A stretch of DNA of 63,994 bases, filler included, from Neoconidiobolus thromboides FSU 785 (taxonomy: Eukaryota > Fungi > Entomophthoromycota), in the NCBI GenBank assembly GCA_025603075.1. It is 7 parts of 7 records of this genome, joined end to end, with 100 filler letters (N's around TTAATTAATTAA, not from the genome) between each part and the next. Parts side by side here need not be neighbours in the genome. Positions count along the whole stretch, not along the records: positions 43,986 to 56,737 come from MU626627.1; positions 56,838 to 58,306 come from MU626959.1; positions 58,407 to 62,842 come from MU626785.1; 4 more parts are not named here. The stretch is one strand, 5' to 3'. Positions 50,203 through 61,678 of this stretch are shown here, piece by piece. The notes below the pieces were generated by a model that was not told where the DNA came from, made no database searches, and saw nothing but the letters and a program-made list of their open reading frames with translations. A program made the translations under genes and the position numbers. The stretch's first letter is position 1; each line of letters opens with the position of its first letter.

Positions 50203-51702
50203 ATGCAACTTTTATCTACTATTTTAAACTTAACTATTTTATATTCAGTGGCTGGTAGTGCAACTATAGCTAGATCAGTAATCAATGATTATTCCAAAGT
50301 AGGTTTATCTTCAGTGCTTATTCAATTGGCACCTGCTACTCCACCAACTATTTCAACAAACTCACGTAGTATGGTTGAAGAAGATCTTGATCTTCATGCA
50401 GAAAATGTATATAGTACCTTAGTGAAGCACTCAGAGAGCAGTAAAACTAATGTTAAGAAAGCGTTAGATCAAGCAAAAAGCAAAGGATTGATTAAAAATT
50501 ATCGTTATTATTTAATTTCAAATACCTTTGCTGTGGAAGCACCAAAAGAATTGATTGATACCATTGCTAAATTACCTGAGGTAGAAGAAATTACAAGCAA
50601 CAAACAATTTCGTGCACCTACACAAGGTAATGGTGAACAAGGGGCTGGACAAGCTGGTGATACCACTTGGGACGGTAAAGAAATTCATTGGAGTTTAAAA
50701 TATATAAATGCTACTGATATACCACGTCATGTTTCATTAGCAGCTTCAAGATTAAGGTATGCTAATGCTGATACTGGTGTTGATTTTACGCATCCAGCTT
50801 TAAGCAAAAATTATTTAGGTAATAAGAATGGCAAATTGAGCCATGATTACTATTGGTGGGATGCTAATAAGGTAGCAAATGCAACTAAACCTAACAAGAT
50901 ATGCGGTATTGATTCTCAAGTACCTTGTGATGATAATAACCATGGAACTCATTGTATGGGTAGTGCAGTTGGTGGATTAAACTTAGGTGTATCTCCAACT
51001 ACCCCTTGGATGGCATGTAAAAATATGGATCAAAATTTTGGATCCCCAGAATCTTACTTGGGTTGTTTACAATTTTTATTAGCGCCAACTAACCTTTATG
51101 GAACGAATCCAAAACCTAGACTTCGTCCCCATGTTATTGGTAATTCTTATTATTGTCCTGGAGAAGAAGGATGTAGTCGGTCCACTTTTAAATATGCTTT
51201 AAGAGCTTTAAAATCCGCTGGTATTTTTATGTCCGTATGTGCTGGTAATGATGGTAAATTAGGCTGCTCTTCAATTTTGTCCCCACCAGCTACAGAACCT
51301 ACTTCATTTACAGTAGCTGCTTCCAAATATTTATCGAATGATCGAGCTGCTTTTTCTTCAATGGGCCCAGTCCCTGAAAGGCCGGAATTTGCTATTGATA
51401 TCACCGCTCCGGGTGTTAATATCACTTCTTCTATTCCAGGTGGTAAATATGCAGTCTTTCAAGGTACTTCAATGGCTACCCCTCATGTCGCTGGTGCTGC
51501 TTTATTGGTTATTGCCGCTTGCCCACATCTTAATCGTAGAGTAGACCTTATTGCTAAAGTTTTAAGGGAATCAGCTACACCTAACTATTCGAACCTTGGC
51601 TGTGGTAAAGATCTTGCTACTTCATTACCAAATAATGAATATGGCTTTGGTATTTTAAATGTAGCTAAAGCTTTAAAATTATGTAAAAAGACATGGTATT
51701 AA
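50203..51702 (+). CDS. Secreted subtilisin-like S8 protease, bacillopeptidase-F-like type
   Basis: Signal peptide and I9-like prodomain; catalytic DTG, HGTHCMG, GTSMATPHVAG; NYLG....HDYYWWDA and PCDDNNHG segments. Confidence 0.93.
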   Translation: MQLLSTILNLTILYSVAGSATIARSVINDYSKVGLSSVLIQLAPATPPTISTNSRSMVEEDLDLHAENVYSTLVKHSESSKTNVKKALDQAKSKGLIKNYRYYLISNTFAVEAPKELIDTIAKLPEVEEITSNKQFRAPTQGNGEQGAGQAGDTTWDGKEIHWSLKYINATDIPRHVSLAASRLRYANADTGVDFTHPALSKNYLGNKNGKLSHDYYWWDANKVANATKPNKICGIDSQVPCDDNNHGTHCMGSAVGGLNLGVSPTTPWMACKNMDQNFGSPESYLGCLQFLLAPTNLYGTNPKPRLRPHVIGNSYYCPGEEGCSRSTFKYALRALKSAGIFMSVCAGNDGKLGCSSILSPPATEPTSFTVAASKYLSNDRAAFSSMGPVPERPEFAIDITAPGVNITSSIPGGKYAVFQGTSMATPHVAGAALLVIAACPHLNRRVDLIAKVLRESATPNYSNLGCGKDLATSLPNNEYGFGILNVAKALKLCKKTWY

Positions 51703-51980
51703 TTAATCTGTTTATAATAAAAATACTCCACTATTAATTAACTTTGAACATATTTAATCATCTTTATGACTTTTAATTTTTTACAGTCTTTCAATATTTT
51801 ATAAGATGTAGTATACCAATGATCATAAAACTAATAAATCCAAAGTACTAATGAATAATGTTATTTAAAAAAAACATACGTCATCAAAAAGTATTCTTTA
51901 AATTAAATAATAAAAATAGTCAAATAAACCCCAACTGTATTAGATATATTTTACATTTTATTTTCTAAAATTCTATCTCT

Positions 51981-52874
51981 TTAATAGTTTTCGAAAATTT
52001 CTTTAGATGGGACAGCGAAACGGTGATGAATCCCAAGGTTAGAAATTTTGTTAATATCTTCTTCGGATAACTCAATATCTTGGAAATTTTGTTTGACTCG
52101 GTCTTCGTTAGTGGATTTTGGAATAACTGAAGTACCACGTTGTTGACCCCAAGCTAAAAGAACTTGAGCTGGTGTTTTACCAAGTCTTTGTGCAATTTCA
52201 ACGACTTCAGTTTGTTCACGTACTTTTGGTACAGCCTCAGATCCAAGGGGAGAATAAGCAGTTACATGAATGTTTTCGTTTTTACAGAATTCAAGTAACT
52301 CAGGTTGAGGAAGATAAGGGTGAAGTTCAACTTGGAGAGCAGCAGGCCTAATTTTAGCTTCCGATAAAATTTGTTTAATACTTTTAACTCCAAAGTTTGA
52401 AATACCAATATGTTTGACTTTTCCATTTTCAACTAATTTTTCAAGTGCTCTCCATGTATCATTAAGTGTATAGCCATGTTCAATTAAAAGAGTACCATCG
52501 GCATTTCTTGGGAAATTATGTTGACCTTCAGGTTGAGCAGTAGGCCAGTGAATGAGATAGAGATCTAAGTAACCAACTTGAAGGTTTTTTAAAGTTTCAT
52601 TGACGCATTGCTCAACACGATCAGGGTGGTGGAAGGAATTCCAAAGTTTGGAAGTAATAAATATTTCTTCACGAGGAACTCCAGATTCTTTAATAGCATC
52701 GCCTACTTCCTTTTCATTTCCATAAATCCATGCACAATCTAAATGACGATAACCGGCAGCTAAGGCTACTTTAACTGCATTTCCTACTTTGTTTGGTTCT
52801 GACCTCCAGGTTCCAAGGCCAAGTAATGGGATCTTGGCACCAGTGTAAAGAGTTGCTGTACGTTTTAATGACAT
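51981..52874 (-). CDS. Aldo-keto reductase (AKR1/GCY1/YPR1-like)
   Basis: LGLGTW, GYRHLDCAWIYGNE, FITSKLW, YLDLYLIHWP, IGISNF, IPKS. Confidence 0.95.
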   Translation of the reverse strand: MSLKRTATLYTGAKIPLLGLGTWRSEPNKVGNAVKVALAAGYRHLDCAWIYGNEKEVGDAIKESGVPREEIFITSKLWNSFHHPDRVEQCVNETLKNLQVGYLDLYLIHWPTAQPEGQHNFPRNADGTLLIEHGYTLNDTWRALEKLVENGKVKHIGISNFGVKSIKQILSEAKIRPAALQVELHPYLPQPELLEFCKNENIHVTAYSPLGSEAVPKVREQTEVVEIAQRLGKTPAQVLLAWGQQRGTSVIPKSTNEDRVKQNFQDIELSEEDINKISNLGIHHRFAVPSKEIFENY

Positions 52875-54845
52875 CGTGAAATAAAATGTTTATAGAAATT
52901 AGTTGGACTTGATATTTATAGTTTAAAGTAAATTACATCATCTGAGTTAAGAATGACACTTTTGAGAATAGCTACAATTATTGGCCAATAAAAATGCATA
53001 GCTAAATTTGGAAAAATCAAATAATACCAATTGAAAACTTTAATAGCTATGGTTTCAAATAGAGAAGTTAATCCTAACCACTAATGAAAAATTTATCAAA
53101 TTCTTAAACAAATTGAATTTAAATGATTAGTAATACAAATGAAGTTGACATAAATTTGATTACTTTATCCATATACTACATTAAGATATTATATTGTTAT
53201 TTCGTCTAACTCATATCAGAGCCAATATATTTAGTAAGTGTTATTTTTGTTATATGCAAAATTTATAAGATAAAGTTATTTTTAACTTTAGAATGTTTTA
53301 TCATTACATATTATATTTATTTTTAACTTTATCTTATAAATTTTAATGTAATAAAACGTTTTTTTACGTCAACTCTACTTGTAGAGAAAGGTCTCAAAAC
53401 TATTATCTCTGTAGGATTTTTATCAATAAACAGTATTAAATTTTATTTTTAAGTTATTGAAATATACCATGTTAAAGCCAGTACTTTTTTAGAATAATAG
53501 ATGAAATGGTAAGTTTCAATAGGAAGATTAATGATATACCAATCTCAAGTTTGTATTTTGTCTGTTTCCTGTGAAATAATATTATACTGTACCAACTCAT
53601 TTTTTATAACACTGTGTACTTAAAGCATTACTAACCCATTAGGTTTGATAATGGCTTTACTGTGGAGTTATTCTGGAAAGATTTTCCGCTGTAATTGATA
53701 TTTGATATACATTATCTTTAGCTAATATAGTTTTGTTCCATCTATTATTTAAATGGGTAATTGCATTTCCTTTTTTAATCGAATTGCAATATCCTGATAA
53801 AACCTTATTGTCACCTTTAAATTTTGGGCAGGTCTGTTCATCATTCTTAGCTTTATATTGAATAAAGATGTTAAAAAGATTTTATATTGAAATTTTGACT
53901 TTTATTTCTAACTACTAATATTTTTAGATTTTTTGAATCTTAAATAATTCCTAGATTGCCAATCTACTTTCAAGTACTTCACTAAAAAAACCCAAATTTA
54001 TGAGAGATGAGAGTATAGTAAAAGACTACTTAATATAAAAGTAGGGCGTTACTACATCTCTACCTAAGATTTGAGGTTCGAACCTTAACCTATCAAAAAA
54101 AGAACTATCTGCCAAAGTATCTCCGCATCTTCCAACCTTTTCTAAATATTCTATAGATTAGTATCCTTCAAGTTCTTAAATTATCTTTGAATCAAGGTGT
54201 TCGATTTGGATGTGTAATAATAATAAAACTCATTTATTAAGTTGGAAGGTAAAGTAGTTTAATAGTATGTTTTAAATAAATTAGTTGTAGATGCTATAGA
54301 GATTCAAAATTTAAATTTTAGGCTTCAATTCTTAAAATAGATCATCTATTATGGCCTGTAGTTATAACATTAACTATGTATAAATATTATCATCACTATT
54401 TGCATTTACTTGTTGAAACAATTATTGTTTCAACCAATTGATTTTGGTTCATAATGAAATTGAAAAAAAGACAAAATATCTATAAAAGTCAAATTGTCTG
54501 CTTGCTTATCCTATTATGAAAATTCAACCTTAGTCTTTAAAGGTTTTTTATACAACAGTTTCATATATTATAATTCTAAATAGTCCTTTATTAATCAGCT
54601 GTTATTCTTTTGTAAATTTAATTATTTGAGAATATTAATCTTATGGTTTTATTTAAACATAAAGCCGTGAAAGTCTATAATAGTATTAGCACTCAAACTA
54701 TACTACTTTTCAAAAGCTTCATTAAATTTCTACTATTTGTGCTTTATAATTTTTTAACTTATTGTTTCCATATTAAATATAAAATAAATATAACATACTA
54801 TTTTAATCATTTTTTATTAATTAAGTTTATATTAAAATACTATTT

Positions 54846-54943
54846 GGGGACGTATTTTTGTGTTTAAGAATTTTACTAACAATTTTTCAACTTAAACAGT
54901 GCTTAAAAGAGAGAAAGTAAATGAAGTCAAAAAAAACACCCTC
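54846..54943 (+). mobile_element. MITE copy, TSD ATTT
   Basis: ATTT-GGGGACG...CACCCTC-ATTT. Confidence 0.88.
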
Positions 54944-55380
54944 ATTTTTTATCTTAATGATGATTTTAGTATTGTATTCTTAAGGGTTATGTCTGATTAA
55001 TATTTGATTAATAAAATTGAGGATAGCTGTTTCAGTAGCATACATTGTTTATATTGATCAACAACTATTTAATTTTTTTAATAAAAACAATTACCCAATT
55101 GATTTTACTTTATAATAGAATACAGTTGAGAACTAATTCTCATTCTTTTCTAATTAAATTCACCTTTCCTATAAAATTATATCATTAATAAAAAAAACGT
55201 TTTAAATTAAGAACATAATATAATGTGATTTTGAAATGATAGTAAGAATTCCATATTGTTAAATTCTATTTTGAAGCAAAACTAATTGGATAAAAGTATA
55301 CTTTATTAAGAGCTTAGTACCAAAGATAAAACTATAGTTACTCTACACTATAAAATGCCCTTAATAATTTGAAAGGTATG

Positions 55381-55398
55381 AAAAAAGGGTATAAATAC
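55381..55398 (+). promoter_or_regulatory. TATA-containing core promoter shared with the paralog (46156-46173, minus)
   Basis: AAAAAAGGGTATAAATAC, 40 nt from ATG in both genes. Confidence 0.7.
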
Positions 55399-55438
55399 CT
55401 AACAATATAAACAAACATAAGAATTAAATAACTAAATC

Positions 55439-55675
55439 ATGTACTTTCATTTTCTCAAATCTTTGTTTACTATCTTGGGCATCAATATTTTTGTTGTTAT
55501 TAGCACCCCGGTAGCTATTAATCATTCAAATCAAGAAACATTAATATCAAATGTTGATAAATTAGTTAAATTATCGGATGAATATCATGGAGCTTCTATT
55601 TCTACATTTAATAAAGAAACACATAATCCTTCACTTTCAAAAAGAGGAATCGGTAAAGCCTATGGGTGGCGTTAA
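55439..55675 (+). CDS. Secreted peptide precursor ending KR-GIGKAYGWR; paralog of 45882-46115
   Basis: N-terminus MYFHFLKSLFTILGINIFVVISTP aligns with MHTHFIGILFTILALNNFAVIAAP; identical AAAAAAGGGTATAAATAC exactly 40 nt before ATG in both. Confidence 0.78.
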   Translation: MYFHFLKSLFTILGINIFVVISTPVAINHSNQETLISNVDKLVKLSDEYHGASISTFNKETHNPSLSKRGIGKAYGWR

Positions 55676-55729
55676 CAATATCAATATATTAAATAAAACA
55701 TTATTGATATTTAATTTTTATTTACATAT

Positions 55730-55825
55730 GGGGATGTATTTTATTGTTTAAGAACTTTACTAACAATCTTTTCACTTAAACAATTCTCAAAAGATAGAAA
55801 AAGTGATTAAACTAAAAAAACACTC
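55730..55825 (+). mobile_element. MITE copy, TSD ATAT, 55 bp downstream of peptide gene
   Basis: ATAT-GGGGATG...CACTC-ATAT. Confidence 0.85.
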
Positions 55826-56737
55826 ATATAGTTAATTTTTAAGAAAAGTTTAAAGTTGTTGTTTTTTTATATAAACTAATCTTTTAAGAAGCAAGTTGCC
55901 TTTTTTGCTGTAAGTCACAAAAAGAATTTAATTAATACTCATTTATTTTCAGTATAATTTTACTTATCATAGCTTATTAAACTCAAACAATGAATCAAGT
56001 ATGGTTGACCATAGTTAACTCTGTGGGCAAATCCCTTTATCTTAAAATGATAGTAAAGCCTAACAATAATATCAATTAAATGATGCTTGCTTTCAATAGA
56101 AATATTAAATTTACTTACTTTCAAAATACTAACTTTTAAAAAATATTTGGAATGATCAGAAACTACAATTTTATTTTGTTAAATAGGAGATATGGCCTAC
56201 CTAACTCCCTTTTCCATCTTATTTTAACGTAAAAAGTGTGACATGATTTTATAATAAATAAAAGATAGGGTGGGCTTATATAGCCAAAATACTATATAAT
56301 TTATAAATTCAAACAATGCTTATTCTTAAAATGCTATTGATATAACCATTTATTTAACACGACTTATAGCCATGTGTTATTGACAATAGAAAAATTCATC
56401 ACTATTTACTTTTATATTTTCACAATCAGTAATTCCAGCCAATTAATTTGAGCTCATAATAGTGTGAAATATCGCTTCGTCAGTCCCATGGTTAATTATT
56501 TTGATTTGTTATGAGAATTTCTAGTTCCACCCAAAAGAATATTATCTTCCCATTTTGATACTTATACTTTTCAGAGTATAAAAGAGTTTACAGAGTATAA
56601 TAGTTCGAGGCTTTTTAACTGAATTAATCCCTGATATCTCGAACATTTAATAAAGCCACTAAGTTTTCTTAATATTATTTTACATAGATTTTACATTAGT
56701 ATTGTCTATTCTATTTGTCTTATATAGCTTGTAACCT

Positions 56738-56837
56738 NNNNNNNNNNNNNNNNNNNNNNNNNNNNNNNNNNNNNNNNNNNNTTAATTAATTAANNNNNNN
56801 NNNNNNNNNNNNNNNNNNNNNNNNNNNNNNNNNNNNN
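56738..56837. other. Assembly gap
   Basis: N-run with TTAATTAATTAA spacer. Confidence 0.99.
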
Positions 56838-58306
56838 AAATTCTCTGTTATCTTCGTAAGGTAAGCTGGGATCGATCTTTTAATTTTTCTATTTTCTGTA
56901 GACTCTATAACTTTAATTGGAACTATATCGCTTTTTTTTATGTATCAGATACTGGCTAGCAATGTAGTTTATTGTTATGTTTAATAAAGTATAAATACTT
57001 CTTAATACCTTGCATTCTATTATTCTTTTTGTTTTTTGTTTTTTTCACCTTTTAAAAATTATACCTGTTTTCCCATTATTGACAGTCGAGTTATTAATTT
57101 TATTATGTTCACAAATAAAAGCCTCAAATCTTGAAATTAATTGATTGATATCTTCTATTTTACCTAATGCTTCAAAACTATTCTTCCATTTTGAAAGATT
57201 TCCAAAATGTCCATCAACTATACTTTTTCCATGATGCTCAGCAAAAAAATTAAGATTAACTTTTAAACTACTATTTGGTGATGTTTTTTTTGACTTCATT
57301 ATTTTTTCCATCTTTTAAGCGCTATTTGAGTAGAAAAATTGTTAGCAGAATTCTTAAACACAAAAATACATCCCCATTTATTTTATGAATTTCTTTAAAC
57401 ATGTAATATAGGAACTCTTGGGATCTAAAACGATTTCCTGTATCTGCCCATATTAATTTTTGTAAACTCCTTAAATAGAAACTCTGTAAAGATTAAATCG
57501 ATTAAACAATCTCCTACATATGCTGAATCATGGTTCAATATTTCAGATAAATAATCAAAGTAAATTTTGCCTATTGTTTTATCATCTTTTAAATACAAAA
57601 CACCAAAGTCTAATACTGATATAGCTTGTTTATTATAATGATCTAAATTTATTGAACCTGGTCTTGTTCTTATTTCCATATTTTGTTTAAAATCTAAAAC
57701 TATTATACAACTTTTATTATTCAAGTTTCATTAAATATGTTTTTTTGAGTATTAACACAGAATTTATGCAATCTGTATGATTTTTCTTCATTGAAAATTT
57801 CTTCTATCTCTGCTTTGTTTTCTATTGCTGTATTTATTTTATTTTCAAACAACTTTTTTCTAATTGTATACTGGGCACATATATTACATAGATCCGTTTT
57901 TCTTGCTACATTTTTGAGACCACTTGGTATATATTTAAAAAATGTTGACCTAGCTACCGCTTTATCTTTTAAATCATTCAAATATTTACTATATATCACT
58001 CTTCTAGCTTTATTTAATATATATATTATCTGATGAATATTTACTATCATTATTTTTTTATTAAATCTTGATGAAATAGTTGAATCATTTAGTAAATATT
58101 GTATAATAGTTTCAATTTGGTCATCTTTAATTTTTTTTCTATTTAATAATAGGTCGTAATGTTGACCTTTTATTACTATTACTTATTTTTGAATAATCAT
58201 ATTGATTTCTGTTTATATTAAACCCAATATTTTTACATTCATCAAAAGAATATACTGAAGCTATAGTTGATAATAATGCTACTTGTTGGTTTTTGTTTCC
58301 TGTTTC
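56838..58306 (-). mobile_element. Decayed DDD DNA-transposase gene (Sola-like, closest in motif to Sola2), bounded by gaps
   Basis: RSTFFKYIP....RKTDLCNIC; VLDFKQN; HDSAYV; WADTGNRF (after frameshift); NFFAEHHGKSIVDGHFG; one stop, several frameshifts and a MITE insertion. Confidence 0.7.
57277..57375 (-). mobile_element. MITE copy, TSD ATTT, inserted in the transposase gene
   Basis: Removing the element plus one TSD restores FKEIHKINSSLKVNLNFFAEHHGKS. Confidence 0.92.
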
Positions 58307-58406
58307 NNNNNNNNNNNNNNNNNNNNNNNNNNNNNNNNNNNNNNNNNNNNTTAATTAATTAANNNNNNNNNNNNNNNNNNNNNNNNNNNNNNNNNNNNNN
58401 NNNNNN
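58307..58406. other. Assembly gap
   Basis: N-run with TTAATTAATTAA spacer. Confidence 0.99.
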
Positions 58407-59327
58407 TGAGGCTTTGTTTTTGAAACCATCACAGAATGAAGTTACTGAAGGGCTGGAAGTTGGACGACTATATTGTACCATATAAGCTAAAGTATCAGCA
58501 ACAGTATAAAGGAATTGAATATCATCTTTTAAGTCTTGACAACCGAAACTATTTTTGATTTGTGAAAATTTAGCTTTATCGGTTTCATAAAGTTTATCAA
58601 CATATTGAGTAACTTCATTCATACTATCTAAACATTGCTCACCAAGTACTTTACCAACAGTAAGATCATACTCGAAAAAGTCCGACTTAGCTTCAACTGG
58701 GCCACTAGAGGCAATAGCACCATCAAAAAGATCAGGACAATCTTGACGAACCCAAGCGGCCATAGCACCAGCATAGGATCCACCAATAGCATACCATTTA
58801 GTACTACTTGGTAACTTTCTCTTAGTTATTGGATCTTCTATGTTTTTTGCGAATTTCCCTAAATCCTTTAATCCATAGTCTGAAGATAAATATTTCAAAT
58901 TGGCAGCAGTTAAGTTTTTAAATGGCAACGATACACCATAATAACGATGTTCTAAGGAGAATAAAATACCATTATGTTTTTTAGCTAAATAAGCACCAAG
59001 ACCACGAGACACTTGAGAAGCAGAGTTAGCAGATTCTCCAGAAATATAAAGGAAGGAAGGACCTCCTGGTTTGTAATAATCAGCATTGACATAGTATCTT
59101 TGTTTGAATGAATCATTTTTTACATGGTTGATTGATTGATCAAAAAACTGGGGATTGTAAACACCAGGCTGATAATCGTCTGAAGCGATAGCAGCCATAC
59201 GTGAGTTTACATTGAAAACTTCTGGGGCTATGGTATCATCAATGGTTAGCTCTGGGGGCACAAGATTGACGGCACTGACCAGTTCAAGGGCTAAAAGTAA
59301 AGAGATTAAAGAGAAATTGGCTTTCAT
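58407..59327 (-). CDS. Secreted serine carboxypeptidase family S28, 3'-truncated by gap
   Basis: FFDQSINH, FKQRYYVN, LEHRYYGVS, IGGSYAGAMAAWVR..CPDLFDGAIASSGPV. Confidence 0.92.
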
Positions 59328-60936
59328 CCTTTATTAATTTATAATATTGTTAGTAATTAAATTAAAATTTATTTATGTTAATGCGTATTTATACTTTTTA
59401 GTACCATAGTTCATTATCAGTCATGAGGTTTTTCACCTTTGGGAATTTAAAGAATTGCTATTATTTATATGGTTTATATACTATTTTCAATTCAAATCCG
59501 TTGAAGTTTTGTTTTTCATTGGCTGGAGTTTGTTCAATGATTAATTTCATTTAGTTTATCAGTATCTATGATCATTTTTCATACAGTTTGGATGAGTACT
59601 TACACCTTTGAAGTATAGATATCCTCTATAAGAGAGTAAAAACTATACCAACTTTTTGATTATTAAGGTTTAATTCAACCTTCCAAGACTAAAGTATTTA
59701 TAAAATAATAACAAATTCGTAATATTTCATCCTTATGATCTTCTAACTTTAAATTTGAAGCAATTGTTAAAGATTAAGTCTAGTAGGCCAATAAGAACTT
59801 TACATTAAAGTTCGCTAATTTTACTAATTATCAAATCAAACTCGAATTTGATTTAAACCGTTGTTTTTTAATAGATATATTTCTATAATTCTTGAAATAT
59901 TTAAGTAATTTCTTATTTATTCCAATAGCTAATTGGAACACAGCTTTCTTTTATTTTTTAACTTGGAACACATAGTTTAAAGAACTAAACTACTAATCCT
60001 AAAAACCATAGCTTAACTTAGGTGTTTATTAATAGCATCTTTATATCGTAGGCTTGAAAATACATTGAAATTAAGTTATAAAGCCCCACCTTGCTCCCTT
60101 CTTATCCTCGACTAGCTCTCACCTCACTTATTACTCGGCTTTTTTGTACCTCTACTTACCTCTAACAATGGATCGCTTGAGAGTCTAAACTATTTCAAGG
60201 TTTTAAAAAAACAACATTGCTTCCTTTTTTAAAATACTGTAAATAGTTATTGATAATCCTTTTAAGTTGATTTTATTTGAAAAAGCAGTGATACAAAATA
60301 GTAAATAAGAGCAAATTAGAAAAAAATATCATATTATATAAAGATCTATTGATAAAATAAAGGATAATAAAGGTAAATTATATATCTATTAAATTATATA
60401 AAAAAGTTAATAAAAGTCATGAGGATGTCCTTTTTAGTTTTATGAAATAATGAAGATATGATTTTATATATGACCTGTGTAAATTGAATTTGAAATCAAA
60501 CTATTTTGAATTTTAGCTTAACTTTCTGTCTAATTTTACACATTCTTGAACGTAAATTAATCTTTTTCATTACCAAAGTTTGGATAAATGTGTCTTTTAT
60601 TCAAACCTTGGTCATACACAATTTCTTTAATACAGAAAACGTGACCTTTATTTTCTTTGTTTATGCTTAATTTACCTTTTTTGTAATACAACTCTTTTAA
60701 TCGTTTCGCAAATTATTTAGTAGTAATTTTTATAGTTAAACAATATTCACAACTGACTTTTCAAACACTGATTATTATATTTTATCTGAGTTATAGCATA
60801 AAGTTTACTCATAAATGAACATTAAGTAGCTTGTAAGAAAGTTGAAGTAGGTGTAAATCAAAATCGGAGTAAAGTTGAGCTTTAGGTTTAAATTAACCAT
60901 ACAAAAGTTAGTATTCAGTTGTTGGAATAAAAATAT

Positions 60937-61035
60937 GGGAGTGTTTTTTTTAACTTCATTATTTTTTCCATTTTTTAAGCGCTATTTAAGCGGAAAAATT
61001 GTTAATAAAATTCTTAAACACAAAAATACATCCCC
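60937..61035 (-). mobile_element. MITE copy, TSD ATAT
   Basis: 99 bp, close to consensus. Confidence 0.9.
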
Positions 61036-61579
61036 ATATACTAATTTTTTTATGAAAACTGAAAATACGATGACGCCAAAGATACTTAATTTACCATTAT
61101 TGAGGCCATATAAAAACGAATAATTTTTTAATGTAGTGCTATGTATCTAATTCACATCATTATCTTATATTTTTATACTATAACATCATTTAGTTTGACA
61201 AGAGTTTAGGTTACATAGAAATGCCAGGTAGGTTCTATTCTTTTGTTTCAGTTTTTTTGCTAATTGGTTACTTTCAATTGCTATTATTTTACTATGAAAT
61301 TAATTCAAAATGTATTTTGATTGTTTTAAGGAAATCAGGAACACAACACAGCCCTTATTTTCTATGGATTTAAACACATTTCATTTTTTTCTTTCATCTA
61401 GGCAAACTATATAAATGTGGTAAAGATAGAACTATAAAAAAATGCGGTTTGAAGGTAAAGCTTACAAATTTAATTTATTTTCTCTTATTTTCGTTTCTGT
61501 TACCAACATTTTATTACCTAGTACAATTACAATTAATTCAAAAAATGCGTAATAATTCCCGCTATTTTTCTAAATATAT

Positions 61580-61678
61580 GAGGGTATATTTTTTTATTTA
61601 AGAATTCTACTAATAATCATTCTACTCAAATAGCACTTTGAAAAATGGAAAAAACGATGAAATTAAAAAAACACTTTG
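61580..61678 (+). mobile_element. MITE copy, TSD ATAT
   Basis: Consensus match; eroded TIRs. Confidence 0.8.

Noticed and set aside
53640-53900. Minus-strand coding-like fragment (QTCPKFKGDNKVLSGYCNS...)
   Set aside because: No start or signal context and no recognisable family; left as a possible relic.
54068-54090. GAGGTTCGAACC resembling a tRNA T-loop/B-box
   Set aside because: T-stem pairs poorly on either strand and no acceptor, D or anticodon arms could be built.
9453-61678. MITE copies as a possible CRISPR-like or regulatory array
   Set aside because: Dispersed, in both orientations, with TIRs and TSDs; no regular repeat-spacer period; eukaryotic context.
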